Source of the DNA: an uncultured Gammaproteobacteria bacterium | GTDB taxonomy: Bacteria; Pseudomonadota; Gammaproteobacteria; Steroidobacterales; JABDLF01 | NCBI GenBank assembly: GCA_963759075.1 | Contig: CAVWXZ010000023.1 | Location: forward strand, 18,866 to 82,865 | Direction of reading: 5' to 3' | Length of the DNA stretch: 64,000 nucleotides | Part shown: positions 10,328-21,900 of the stretch, in pieces | Layout: every line of letters begins with the position of its first letter | How positions within the stretch are numbered: the first letter of the stretch is position 1 | The notes under the pieces: generated by a model | What the model was told of the DNA's origin: nothing | Databases searched by the model: none | Seen by the model: the letters and a program-made list of their open reading frames with translations, nothing else | Program-made: the position numbers and the translations under genes

Positions 10328-11047
10328 CTATGCGTCCGACGAAGGCGGCTCCACTTCCGCAAGATCTTCATCGAGGATGCGCGATGCAGTGCGCGTGATG
10401 ATGAAAATCACGGTCGACACTGCCAGGAAAGCCACCACGGCGAGAACGGTGCCCGCCATGCCCGTATCCACCTCGCCGCGGGCAACAGCAACGATGTCCT
10501 CTGCTGTGGCCCCGGCAAACACGTACAGCGCGATCACCGGCAGCATGCCCAGCCACGTCGCCAGGGCATAGCGGGACAGGCTGACCGGTGTCAGTCCATA
10601 CAGGTAGTTCAGCAAGTTATAAGGAAATACGATGGACACGCGGGTCAGGAACACCACCTCAAAACCCTTCTTCCTGATGGCCTTGTTCAGCGCGTTAAAC
10701 TTCGGATAGCCCCGCGCCTTGTCGGCAACCCAGTCATGCGCCAGTGTGCGCGCCATCTGGAAAGCGGCGACCGCGCCCAGCAGGCTTGCCACCGACACCA
10801 GCAGCGTGCCCGCCAGCCAGCCATAGAGGTAGCCGGCCGCAACCGTGAGGATCCATCCCGGCGCCATCAGCACCGTAACAAGGATGTAGCAGAGAACATA
10901 AAGCACCATGGAACGCAGCGGATTCGCGCGTGCCCAGTCTGCGTACTCCAGCAAATACTCCATGACCGGATAGCGCACGATCAGAAAAGTAAGCCCGGCA
11001 GCCAGCGCCAGGAGCACTATCAGGGTGCCAATTTTTGAGTGCGACAA
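10328..11047 (-). CDS. TVP38/TMEM64 (DedA-related) family membrane protein
   Basis: Intact 239-aa polytopic ORF. The region PGWILTVAAGYLYGWLAGTLLVSVASLLGAVAAF is typical of the family. Confidence 0.7.
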   Translation of the reverse strand: MSHSKIGTLIVLLALAAGLTFLIVRYPVMEYLLEYADWARANPLRSMVLYVLCYILVTVLMAPGWILTVAAGYLYGWLAGTLLVSVASLLGAVAAFQMARTLAHDWVADKARGYPKFNALNKAIRKKGFEVVFLTRVSIVFPYNLLNYLYGLTPVSLSRYALATWLGMLPVIALYVFAGATAEDIVAVARGEVDTGMAGTVLAVVAFLAVSTVIFIITRTASRILDEDLAEVEPPSSDA

Positions 11048-11059
11048 ACTCCCGACCCT

Positions 11060-11747
11060 TCAGCCCGCGCCTGCCGGATCACCACCAGCAGCCACGGCAG
11101 TTGCATCCTGCATCACTTCCCAGCCCTTGCGCGACGCCAGCGCCGCAAGCTTTTTGTCAGGCAGCACCGCAACGGGTGTGCCGACTTCTGCAAGCAGGTA
11201 GTGATCCGCCCACGAATCGCCGTAGGCCACGACCTGCGTCATGCTGATCTGCGACTCACGGCTGATTCGCCGCGCAATTTTGAGCTTGGTTTTTCCATAG
11301 GGATGCTGCTCCGGCGGGCGGGCGACGAGCCGGCCATCCTGCACCGGGCAGCTGCTGGCCAGCACATGCTCGAGGCGCAGGAACCTGGCGATGCTGTCTG
11401 CGATCGGACTCAGTGTGCCCGAGAGCAGCCACACTGAGTCGCCGCACTGCAAGTGATGGCGAACGCGGGCGCAGGCGGGCTCAAAGAAAGCGTGCATGAG
11501 CGAAATCTGTACGAACTCTTCGGCCAGTTCCTGCACTTCCTGTTCATCGATGCCGGCCAGGTAGGCTTTGTTCTTGCGCAACACTCCGGTGCCGAAGCGA
11601 GGAAAGTAGCGGACGGTAAACCAGAGAAAATGCAGGGCATGGCGAAAGCCCGATCCGTCGCTGCTGCCAGAGAAAGCGAGCGAAACGGCGCTCGGTGCTG
11701 GCGACCCGTGACAGCGTCCCGTCAATATCAAACAGCACGAGCTTCAT
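11060..11747 (-). pseudogene. HAD-IB family hydrolase/phosphatase, frameshifted
   Basis: HAD motif I MKLVLFDIDGTL is in 11544..11747. The remainder, including the AYGDSWADHYLL motif IV region, is in 11060..11731. Confidence 0.65.
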
Positions 11748-12378
11748 TCGTGACCGTTGCCTGCAGACGGTTCGATGTCCGGTTCGGCCATGAACTCAAT
11801 GATGACCGGCAGGCCACGCGCCACACACAGCAGACCGTGACCCAGATAAGCACGTCACCGATCAGGCGCAGCACGCCGCCCCAATGCTCCCAGAAAACCG
11901 GCACCAGTTCGTGCAGCGGATGGATCAGCAACAGCCAGCAGAACACGATGCCCTTGATGGCCGCATAGAACCCTCGCATGAAGCGACCGGCGACCAGCCA
12001 TTTTGCCAGCGGATGGCGCAGCATTTCGAAGGGCGCTTTATCCTGCGCGCTCGACTGATGTGCACGGATTGCGTCGACAATGCTCCCGCGCACCACGAAT
12101 ACCAGCGGTGCCCACAGCGGCACGAGCCCCAAGCGGCAGGTAGGCGATCCACAGTGACGAGTTCGATGATCCGGTCGACTGCAATATCGAACATCGCGCC
12201 GAATACGCTGGTCTCGTTTCGCTTGCGGGCCACATAGCCGTCAAGCCAGTCCGACACGAATATCAGTATCAGCAGCGCCACGTTGGCCAGGTACCACCAG
12301 GACGCGGGCTGGTAGGCGAAAAAAATCACCACGAACAGCAGGATCAGTCGAGCTAGACGTAATCAGGTTGGCCATTTT
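11728..12378 (-). pseudogene. CDP-alcohol phosphatidyltransferase family protein, frameshifted
   Basis: Signature DWLDGYVARKRNETSVFGAMFDIAVDRI (DGxxARx8Gx3Dx3D) is in 11925..12332. The C-terminal TMs are in 11728..12132. The probable ATG near 12378 (MANLIT) is in yet another frame. Confidence 0.7.
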
Positions 12379-12542
12379 GTTTTATTTTGTTCCGCGCCCC
12401 GGGCAGGCGGTGCGGGCATTGTTAAGGAAGCGCCGGTTGATCACAAGGCAAATGGCGGACCGATGGCTGCCCTTTCCGACCCCGGATCCGCTGCGCTGGC
12501 GCACCCCAGACGAGGCCAGGAGCACAATAATCGGCGGGCACT

Positions 12543-13451
12543 TCAGCCGTCAGCGGCGGTCTCGGGCCACAGGCGAATCAGGCCCTCCTGGGCCGTCGAC
12601 GCCACCAGCACACCGTCGCGCGTAAACACCTGACCACGCGCGAGCCCGCGCGCACCGGACGCGCTGGGGCTGTCCAGTGCGTAGAGCAGCCATTGATCAA
12701 GACGCGCCTCTCTGTGGAACCACATCGCGTGATCAAGGCTCGCCATCTGCAGGTTGCCATGCATATATGAAACGCCGTGCGGCAATACCGCGGTGCCGAT
12801 GAGGTTGTAATCGGACACGTAGGCGAGCAGCGACCGATGCAGCTCCGGCTGATCCGGCAGGCTGCCAAGCGCACGAAACCAGACAAACTGCTCCGGCGGA
12901 CTTTTCTGCTGGTTGCAGAAAATCTCTTTGCTCAACATGTCTGAATTCAAAGGGGCGCTGAACACTGAGATAGCGGCGCATTTTCTCCGGCATCCGATCG
13001 AGCACCTCACGCGTGTAGTGCCGGGAATCGGGCAGGTCTTCCGGAGGCGGCACATCCGGCATCTGCGCTCTGGTGTTCGAGGCCCTTCCTCGATGCGTTG
13101 AAACGAGGCGGCCAGGTTAAGAATCGGCCGGCCGTGCTGAATCGCCACGACGCGCCGACTTGGTAAAACTCTTGCCGTCCCTGCTTCGATCCACCTCATA
13201 AACGATCGGCGCCTCGGTATCACCGGCGCGCAGGAAATACGCGTGCAGGGAATGCGACGACCCGATCTTCCACCGTGCGCGTCGGCCGCCGACAGTGCCT
13301 GGCCGAGCACCTGCCCGCCGAAAACCCGGCTGCTGCCGATATCCCTGCTCTCGCCCCGGAACAGGTTGTCCTCCAGGCGCTCGAGGCGCATCAGTCGCAG
13401 CAGGTCTGCCAGCACCTCACTATCGTCTTGTGCCGACTCCGGTTCGTTCAT
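12543..13451 (-). pseudogene. tesB: acyl-CoA thioesterase II, frameshifted
   Basis: N-terminus [37 protein letters not shown] and C-terminus ASLDHAMWFHREARLDQWLLYALDSPSASGARGLARGQVFTRDGVLVASTAQEG closely parallel E. coli TesB. The middle part is in other frames (12733..13062). Confidence 0.8.
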
Positions 13452-13743
13452 GCTGTCTTGCCTTTTGCCTGATTGCCGCCCGTCGCCCGAGTGGCCGAAG
13501 ACACCTTGGGGCGCCCGTGCTGCCCTCAGATTAGCGTATTCGCGAGCCCCGGGCACGGCCGAAAGTGTGATGTATACCCGGATTCACCCGCAGCCGGTCA
13601 CTACACTGGATATCTCTGAAATACAGGCGGTTTCTTGTGAACGGACATAATAAGATCAAATGCTTGCTTGGTATGCGAGACCATAATTGTCATAATCACG
13701 CTCAGGCCACTCCGGTCCACGCGCTCGAAAAAAGGGGCCGCAG

Positions 13744-16700
13744 ATGAATCGAACACTTGTCGCACTACTCGGGCTGATAGCGACAGCTGTTCTCGGACTT
13801 GCCTTTTTCGTCTACCAGGCACGTCTGACCGCCCCCGTTGAAATCAAGCTGCAGAAGCCGGAAAGCGTGCAGACCCCGGTCACGGAAACGGCCGCCAGGG
13901 ATGATGGCGCCGGTTTAAGCCTGCGACTCTCGACAACCCTTGCTGAGGCGCCCACCACCCGGCCGGCGCCAAAGCTGAGCAGCCCGCCACCAGTTTCCCT
14001 GCCGGCGCCGGGCCTGAGTATTGGCGGCGCACGCCTGTCGCCCCCTGTGCTTTTCAGCGGCCTGTTTCTGCTGTTATCCGGCCTGCTCGGCGCATGGATC
14101 ACCTGGAACCTCGCCGGACGCGCCGGACCGGTTCCGAGCTACGCCGATGAGTCACACTCGGAACTAGGCGGGCGACTCAGCGCCCAGGAAGCCGTCATTG
14201 ATGTCTTGCGCGAGGAACTGGATACCTGGCGCACGACTGCCGGGGAGCTGCGCGCAGCCCACGACAAGCAGTCACATACCATCGAGCAACTGCGGGACGA
14301 ACTTGCCGCGGCACCGACCGTGGTCGAGATGCCCGAACCGCAGCTCGACAGAATCGACGAGCTGGAGGAGACGCTCAAGACCTTTACCGACCAGGAAGAG
14401 CGGCTCGAGCAGTGGCAAAGCACTGTTGCGACCCTGCAGTCCGAGGTGCGCGGCAAGTCCACGCTTATTGATCAGCTGCACGACCACATTACCGCCGCGC
14501 AGGAACGGGAAGTGGCGGCGCAGGTCCGGCTGGCGGGGCTGGATGAGGCGCATACGAGCATTGCTGAGCTTGAACGGCAGAACGAGTTCTTCAATGACGA
14601 GGTTAATCAGCTGCGCGAGCTGGCTGACAATCTGCGGCGCGAAAGCGAAGAAAAAGCCGGGAAACTCGGCGATGCCCTCGTCAGCGTAGAGAGCCTCGAG
14701 GCCGAGAAGCAGATACTGACCGACAAGGTCGGCGAACTCGAAGCCGAAAGAGAAACCGCACGCACCGCAACCCAGGCCCTTGCCGAACTCGAGCGGGATT
14801 TTGCCGATGCGCAGGCCGAAGGGGCGCATGCGAGGGCGGAGCTTGAACAGCGCCAGCAGGAAATTGCGGATCTCGAACAGACCAACGCCGAAGACGCGCA
14901 GCGGGTCGCTGAACTTGAGGACTTGCTCAACAGCGGGAGGCGGCGCTGCGCGGCGAACTCGGAGATGTGCGCGGAGACATGGAAAGCCTCCGGGTCGAAC
15001 TCAACAGCACGCGCTCCGATCTTGAAGAAACCAGGGCAGCCCTGGCGCGCCGTGAGAATGAGCTTCAGGAGCGTGATCACGCAATCGCAGCGCTGAACGC
15101 CCAGGTGGATGGTGAGGAGCTGCGACTGCGCGAAGCCACGGCCGCGCGGGATGCCCTGGTCATCGATCTCGAGCAGGAACGCGAGGCGCTGCGTCAACAG
15201 CTGGGCGAGGTCGAACAGGCGCTCGCCGCCTCGGCGGAAGAAACCCAGAACCTGCGGGAGGGACAGGACTCCCGGACCCATGAGCTACAGGCACGTTTGT
15301 CGGCCAAGAACGCGGTCGTGGTCGAACTGAAGGAAGAGATCCAGGCGCTCAGGCAAACTGCAGAGGAGGCGCGAGCTTGCCACCGGCGAACAGGTCGCCC
15401 GGCTCGAGGCATTGCAGGACGAGCTCGCCAGCAGCGAGCGACGTGTTACCGAACTCCAGGACGGCCAGACAACGGCTGCTGGACTTCGAGAATATCGCGC
15501 GCGAAAAAGACGCCACCATCTGCCAAGCTGGATTCGAAGCTGCAGAGAGCGCTGCAAAAGAGTGAGACGCTGGAAGCGGACATCGAGCGTCTCCGAGACT
15601 TCGAGAGTATCGCCAGTGCGCGCGACGAGAAGATTTCCGACCTGGAGCAGCGGCTCGAGGAACGAGAGAACGAAATCGACATGCTCGACCTGGAAGTCCA
15701 GCGACTGCGGCAGGTCGAAGAACGACAACAGGATACTGACGGCCAAGAGCGGCCAGTTCCAGACCGCACTGATCCAAAAATCCGTGGAGATGGAGCGCCT
15801 CCAGGCTGAACTCGAGCAGCGCGATGCGAGCATGCGCGCACTGGAACAGGAACTGCAGCGGCTCGCGGAACTGGAGCAGCTGGCGGCCACGCGCGCCGAC
15901 AAGATCCTGGAACTGGAAGACGAGCTCAGCGGCCGGACCGATATCATCAATACGCAGCAGATCGATCTGTTCGTCTGCGCCGGATTGAAGACGTTGCACC
16001 GGAGCTGGAGGCGCGTGTGCGAAGGAGCTGGAGGGCCGCCTTACCCAGGAGACCGTGGATAACGAGGCTTTGCGCTCACAGCTGGAGGAGCGCAATCGAG
16101 CACTGTCCGAGCTTGCGGAACAGTACGCACAGCTGCGCGAATCAGCGGAGCCGGGCGGCGCGGCGTCAGATCCAGCAGCTGCACGTCGTGCAGTCTGAGC
16201 TGGCGGCCAGGAACAGCCGCCTGCAGGAGCTTGAGTCCGGGCTGAGAAACCGCGACGACGAGCTGGCAGTATTGCAGAACAAACTCCGGATTCTGGAGGA
16301 GGCGAAAGGCGAATACGCGCCGAAACTGGAACGCCAGGGTGAGCGGCTCGCGCGGCTGGAAAACGAGCTTGATGACGCGCGGAAAAATCTGCGCGACCTG
16401 TATCAGGAAAACGAGCGCCTGGCGGAGTTCGAACGCCTGGCAGAAAGTCGCGGCGAGAAGATCTCGGTGCTCAAGGCGGATATCGACAAGACGGCCAGTC
16501 ATTTCGGCGAAATGAAGAAGCAGGTCGAAGAGGCACGCAAGGCAAAATTCGAGGTGCGCGAGCGGGAGGCGAGGCTCAGCCAGCTCAAGAGCGAGCTCAT
16601 GGGTCGGGACCAGCGGATCAGGGAACTGCAGGAGCGCCTGGTTGCCCTGGGCGACACCGACAGCAAGCTCCAGGCCTGGCAGTCTACCGTCGCGACCTAT

Positions 16701-17384
16701 CGCAGCGACCTCGAAACAAAAGCGCGCATCATCGACCAGCAGCGGGAGGAGATCGACGAGCTGCGCGGCCTGCATGATGTGGTGCGGGACAAGGAAAAAT
16801 CGATCACGACACTGGTGACCGCCCTAAAACATGACTCGAGGAATATAGAGAAGCTCAAGCGACGGATCCTGCGCTGGAAGCGCCGGGCCGCCATGCTGGA
16901 AAACAAATTGCGCGGCACCGATCCAAGCATCAGGCAGGTACTCAAAGACAAGGACGCCGCCGCGAGTGCCCCGGCACAACCGCAAGGCCCGGGTATCACC
17001 GTCACGGTGGACAAGCCGACACTGACCTCCGCGGACCTTGAAGAACTGAGTACGGATCCGGATATCAGCGGCATCAATCCGGAACTCGCCGAAAGTGAAT
17101 CCGGGGCCGTCCCGCGACCCTCAGGCGAGGCGCCGGAGTGGCTGAACAACCCGCCCGACGGGGCACCGGACGACCTTACGCAGCTGAGCGGCGTGACCGA
17201 AAAACTGTCCGGACTACTGAATGACGCAGGGGTTTTCCATTATCGGCAGATCGCGCGCTTTACGCGCAAGGACCTCGAATGGCTCAATCACCTGGCCAAC
17301 CCGCTGCCCGAACCCCTGCTGTCGAACAAGTGGATCAGTCACGCCAAGGTCCTTCACTACAAGAAGTACAAGCGCCCCGCCTGA
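13744..17384 (+). pseudogene. giant membrane-anchored coiled-coil protein with a C-terminal helix-hairpin-helix (COG3743-like) domain, many frameshifts
   Basis: ORFs 13744..15096, 14967..15809, 15377..15565, 15412..16062 and 16017..17384 join into about 1200 aa. The N-terminus has two TM segments and a Pro-rich linker, followed by heptad-rich E/Q/R/L sequence. The C-terminus reads DDLTQLSGVTEKLSGLLNDAGVFHYRQIARFTRKDLEWL. Confidence 0.65.
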
Positions 17385-17388
17385 GCTT

Positions 17389-19455
17389 TCAGTCGTGCCC
17401 GCTCAGGCGCAGGCCGGCGTAGATATAACGCGGCGGCGACGGCTCGAAATACCTGCCTCCGAAAGCATTGCTCCGCAGATTGTCGGCAAAGCGCTGATCG
17501 AGCAGGTTGCGGACGCCCGCAAACCACTCGAGTCGGCCCGCTGCCAGATCAAATCCATAGGCAACTCTCAGCCCCACGTCCAGAAAATCGGGGCTGCGTA
17601 CCGCGTTGGCATTGTCGGCAAAAATCCGCCAGACCCGCGCGGCATCAACGCCCAGCGCCCAGCTTTCTTCCAACCGCCATTCCAGGCCGCCGGCGAGCCT
17701 CAGGCCGGGCGTCCCCGGTATGTGTCGGCCGGAAAAGTCACTGCCGTCCTGCTCGAAACGTTTAAACACCGCATCGGTCCAGGCACCTGAGAAGCTGAAT
17801 GCGAGGGGCTGCCCGCTGCGGAATTTCGTCGACAGCTCCACGCCTCGGCGACGGGACCGCGCCGCATTGCTGAAAAAGCTACGCCCGGGCTGGGCGGCCA
17901 GTTCGTACCCCACCAGTTCATCTTTCAGGTCGATCTGATAAGCGGTGAGTTCGAACCGGGGCAGGCGCGAAGATCCGGCCGGCCAGTGCCTGACACCGAT
18001 CTCCAGCGCCCGGGACGACTGCGGGCGAAGGGCGGGATTGAAGCCCGCACCATCCGGATCCGCGAACTCGGTCGTGGTCGGGGTCTCGAAGGCCGTCGAG
18101 TAGCGCGCATAGAGGTCGAGGTCTGCGCGGGCACCCAGCAAGAGCCCCAGCGCCGGGCTCACCTTGCCGAAGCTGCGTGCGCCGGATTCATCACCATCCG
18201 CCAGGAATCGGTCGCTGAGTGAGAAGCGCAGGGTGTCATAGCGCAGTGCCCCCTGCAGAGCCAGGCGTTGCGAGAGGCTCAGGTCGCTGGCTACAAAGGC
18301 GCCGAAGGCGGTAACGGTCTCCAGCTGATCGACGCGCAGCGTGCCCCTGTTGCCCGCGTCGTTATCGAAACGCCGGCGACGATCATGCTGCTGATCCAGG
18401 TCAAGTCCGGCCGACCAGCGCATGGCCGGGCCGGGCTGCCAGCGATACAGGGCGCTCGCGCCGGCCACTCTGCGCCCCAGCTCAACCGCACCCCCGTCGC
18501 GAAACGGTAAGGCGTTCTCAAAATCACGCCATACGAAGTAGTTGCTCAACTGCAGGCTGTCCTGCGCGTCCAGAGTGCGCTGCCAGCGCCATGCGAGGCT
18601 TTGCTGGTCAAGTTGTTCTCCCGCGTTGAATGCCAGGTTGTTGAGGGCGGCGCTGCGCGGTTGCTGCTGCAGGTCTGTGAAGCTGAGTCCACCCGGGTCC
18701 TGTGCTTTCGGCGCATCCGTCGCGCGCGCGCGGATATCCAGCACATCGCGCTCACTGAGCCTGACATTCAGATCGGCTGACAGGCGCAGGTTTTCACTTG
18801 CGGCATGCTGACGGTATCCGTCCAGCGACTGGCCGGCGACCGACAGCCTCGCCACTGCACCAGACGCCGGCACTGCGGTCCGGACGCTGGCCCCGAAGCT
18901 GGAAAAACCGTGCGCACCCAGGCTGTAGGAAAGTCGCCAGGGCGGCGCGGCGCGCACCGGCACGGTTTCGATGAGGATGACGCCACCCGCAGCGTTGCCG
19001 TACAGGGCCGCTGCCGGCCCCCGCAACACCTGAACGCTGCGTATATATGCGGGGTCCAGTGCGTCGACCTGCACCTGACCGTCGGGCAGACTTTCGGGCA
19101 TGCCATCGACATAAATGCGGATCCCGCGAATCCCGAAGTTCCCGCGCGCACCGAATCCGCGCAGGTCCAGCCGCAGGTCCTGTGCCGCATTGTAGTGGCC
19201 CTGCACATACAGCCCCGGGACGGTCACCAGTGCTTCGGCGAAATCCAGGCCCTGGAACGCCCGCAATGCGTCATCGAGCAGGATTGTCTCGGTCGCTGCC
19301 GCAAACGCCTCGTTCGGGACCGGCAAGCGGTTGGCGGTGACCACCACTTCAGCAATCTCTTGCCCGTCGGCGAACGCCGGGACGGCCAGGACTGCACACA
19401 GCAAGACCACGCCAAGCATGCGGGCGAGAAAGTGGCTCCGCCGCCGATCCGTCAT
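17389..19455 (-). CDS. TonB-dependent receptor
   Basis: Intact ORF 17389..19503. An internal Met gives the signal peptide MTDRRRSHFLARMLGVVLLCAVLAVPAFA. The plug motif EVVVTANRLP is present, followed by a long beta-barrel. Confidence 0.85.
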   Translation of the reverse strand: MTDRRRSHFLARMLGVVLLCAVLAVPAFADGQEIAEVVVTANRLPVPNEAFAAATETILLDDALRAFQGLDFAEALVTVPGLYVQGHYNAAQDLRLDLRGFGARGNFGIRGIRIYVDGMPESLPDGQVQVDALDPAYIRSVQVLRGPAAALYGNAAGGVILIETVPVRAAPPWRLSYSLGAHGFSSFGASVRTAVPASGAVARLSVAGQSLDGYRQHAASENLRLSADLNVRLSERDVLDIRARATDAPKAQDPGGLSFTDLQQQPRSAALNNLAFNAGEQLDQQSLAWRWQRTLDAQDSLQLSNYFVWRDFENALPFRDGGAVELGRRVAGASALYRWQPGPAMRWSAGLDLDQQHDRRRRFDNDAGNRGTLRVDQLETVTAFGAFVASDLSLSQRLALQGALRYDTLRFSLSDRFLADGDESGARSFGKVSPALGLLLGARADLDLYARYSTAFETPTTTEFADPDGAGFNPALRPQSSRALEIGVRHWPAGSSRLPRFELTAYQIDLKDELVGYELAAQPGRSFFSNAARSRRRGVELSTKFRSGQPLAFSFSGAWTDAVFKRFEQDGSDFSGRHIPGTPGLRLAGGLEWRLEESWALGVDAARVWRIFADNANAVRSPDFLDVGLRVAYGFDLAAGRLEWFAGVRNLLDQRFADNLRSNAFGGRYFEPSPPRYIYAGLRLSGHD

Positions 19456-19573
19456 CACGAGCTGTAGTCCGCCATCGCCTGCCCTTTGCTTGCCGTGCCG
19501 CATACCGCCGGGGCTGTCTGCAACTGTTAGAATACCCGCTGCAATTCAAAGCTTACAGGAGTGATACAACAGC

Positions 19574-20170
19574 ATGACAGTTGCCAGCAAGGTGCACCCC
19601 AGGGATGGCGATGCCCTGATTATTGTAGATGTGCAGAATGACTTTCTTCCAGGCGGTAGCCTCGCGGTCACAGACGGGGACGCGGTGATTCCGGTGCTGA
19701 ACAGCTATATCGACATGTTTGCCAAGGACCGGCTGCCCGTGGTTGCGACCCGTGATTGGCACACACCGGATCACTGCTCCTTTGTCGCACAGGATGGCCC
19801 CTGGCCGCCGCACTGCGTTGCGGCCACCCGCGGGGCGCTTTTTTCGGAGCACCTCGCTCTTCCCGAACGCGCGATCATCGTTTCCAAAGCGGACCACCAG
19901 GACAAAGATGCGTACTCAGGATTCGAGGGCACGGATCTGGCCAGACATCTCAGGGAGCTCAATGTCAGGCGGCTGTTCATCGGTGGTCTTGCGACTGACT
20001 ACTGCGTGCTCAACACGGTGCTGGACGGTTTGCGTGAAGGCTTCGAAGTGCTGCTGCTGGAGGATGCGATCCGGCCGGTCAATGTAAAGCCTGGCGACGG
20101 TGAGCAGGCGGTTGCCAGGATGAGCGCGGCGGGCGCGGTGGCCGTCGACCACAGCATGGTTGCGGCCTGA
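19574..20170 (+). CDS. pncA: nicotinamidase / isochorismatase-family hydrolase
   Basis: DALIIVDVQNDFLPGGSLAV, ATRDWHTPDHCSF and LFIGGLATDYCV are typical PncA motifs. It sits adjacent to pncB. Confidence 0.85.
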   Translation: MTVASKVHPRDGDALIIVDVQNDFLPGGSLAVTDGDAVIPVLNSYIDMFAKDRLPVVATRDWHTPDHCSFVAQDGPWPPHCVAATRGALFSEHLALPERAIIVSKADHQDKDAYSGFEGTDLARHLRELNVRRLFIGGLATDYCVLNTVLDGLREGFEVLLLEDAIRPVNVKPGDGEQAVARMSAAGAVAVDHSMVAA

Positions 20171-20175
20171 AGCCA

Positions 20176-21530
20176 TTGAGTTTTCTGCGGGACAGCGACC
20201 CCCTGACCAGCCCGCTACTGACTGATCTTTATCAGCTCACCATGCTGGACGTCTATTTTCGTCGCGGCATGCGTGAGACCGCCGTGTTCGAGTTTTTCGT
20301 GCGCCGACTGCCAGCGCAGCGCAATTTTCTCATTGCCGCGGGCCTGGAACAGGTGCTCGATTTCCTGAGCCTCACTGCACTTTTCAGAAGCAGAGCTCGC
20401 GTGGCTGTCCGCCAGCGGAAAGTTCAGCGATAATTTCACCACCGAGGTCAGGCAACTGCGCTTCACGGGCGATGTCCACGCCATGCCCGAAGGCTGCATA
20501 TTTTTTCCGCACGAACCGATGCTGCGCATCACTGCTCCACTGCCGGAGGCGCAGCTGGTCGAGAGCCGGATCATCAACCTGCTCCACTATCAGTCGCTGA
20601 TCGCCTCCAAGGCAGCACGCTGTGTTCTTGGCGGCACCTGGCAAGCTGCTGATCGATTTCGGCATGCGCCGGGCACATGGCGCCGAGGCATCGTTGCTGT
20701 CCGGGCGGGCCAACTACCTGGCCGGCTTCGCAGGCACCGCAACCGTACTTGCCGGCGCCCGGTTTGATATCCCGCTGTTCGGGACCATGGCGCACTCGTT
20801 TATCCAGGCCAATGAGAACGAACCTCAGGCGTTCGAGGACTTTGCGCGCGCGTTTCCGGGCAACGCGGTGCTGCTGATCGACACCTATGACACGCAGGCC
20901 GGTGCCGAGAAGGTAGCGGCCCTGGCAGCCCGCCTGGCAGCAGACGGTTTGCGTATCAAGGCGGTGCGCATAGACAGTGGCGACCTGAACCAGGCAAGCC
21001 GCGATGTCAGGAAGATCCTCGATCGAGCAGGCTGCAAAGACATCGGGATCCTCGTGAGCGGCAATCTTGATGAATACAAGCTCGCGAAGCTTGTCGGCCA
21101 GCGCGCGCCCATCGATGGCTTTGGCGTCGGGACCAGTCTGGATATTTCCGACGACGCGCCGTCACTGGACTGCGTCTACAAGCTGCAGGAATACGCGGGC
21201 CGGCCGCGGCGCAAGTGCTCAGCAGGCAAGGCCACCTGGCCGGGCCGCAAGCAGGTGTTCCGTCAGTTCCGGAACGGCGTGATGAGTAACGACATCGTGG
21301 CGCTCGAAGGCGCAGAAGAACAAGGGCAGCCGCTGCTGGTTCCGGTCATGCGCGATGGCAAACGTCTGCAGACATCCGAGTCCCTTGCGGACATTCGCGA
21401 GCGCGTCGCACAGGGCCTTGGCAGTTTGCCAGAGCCGCTTCGGTCACGTGATGCAGCAGTACCCTACTCTGTTCACATCTCCTCATCGCTGACGGAACTT
21501 GCTGAAGAGGTCGATCGCGCATCGCTATGA
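20176..21530 (+). pseudogene. pncB: nicotinate phosphoribosyltransferase, frameshifted
   Basis: The N-terminus LLTDLYQLTMLDVYF is in 20176..20433. The middle is in 20483..20767. The catalytic part (GTMAHSFIQA, LLIDTYD, VRIDSGD) is in 20622..21530. The annotated start is TTG. Confidence 0.8.
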
Positions 21531-21893
21531 TGCCGCCCGCAGATGCCGCCAGATGAAAGCGTAAACAAGCAGGTTGATAAGCAGTACGCCCGTAGCCAGG
21601 ATAAGCTGTGTCCCGTGAGTCAGTGCCCCCGGATAAAGTAGCGGCACCAGATACTCTTCAACAAAACCCTGCTGATAAGCCGCTTCACCGGCGCGCTTGC
21701 GCAGCGCGTTCTCCAGCGGCGTGAGCGGGCAGATCCAGCCCCGCAGTTCCACCAGCACGGCCCACGCCGCCGCGGGCAAATGCACCAGCGCCAGCCACCG
21801 CCAGCGCAGCACCAGCAGGCCGCCGGCCACCGCGAACACAACAAACAGCAAATGCAGCAGAACAACCAGGTCAGCGAGCAGGGATGGGTTCAT
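21525..21893 (-). CDS. DUF2784-like small membrane protein
   Basis: Internal Met of ORF 21525..22925: MNPSLLADLVVLLHLLFVVFAVAGG...WICPLTPLENALR. It has 3-4 TM segments and is read through in-frame from the upstream gene in the ORF track. Confidence 0.6.
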   Translation of the reverse strand: MNPSLLADLVVLLHLLFVVFAVAGGLLVLRWRWLALVHLPAAAWAVLVELRGWICPLTPLENALRKRAGEAAYQQGFVEEYLVPLLYPGALTHGTQLILATGVLLINLLVYAFIWRHLRAAS

Positions 21894-21900
21894 GGGCTTG

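Noticed and set aside
10229-11038. Long antisense ORFs opposite real genes: 10229..11038, 28240..28890, 38207..39683, 42449..43366, 46313..47254, 52967..53830, 56110..57084, 58211..58963, 62358..63227
   Set aside because: Each lies opposite a gene with clear family motifs. Each has Arg/Gly/Ala/Pro-dominated composition and no recognisable domains. These are the usual stop-poor antisense frames of high-GC DNA.
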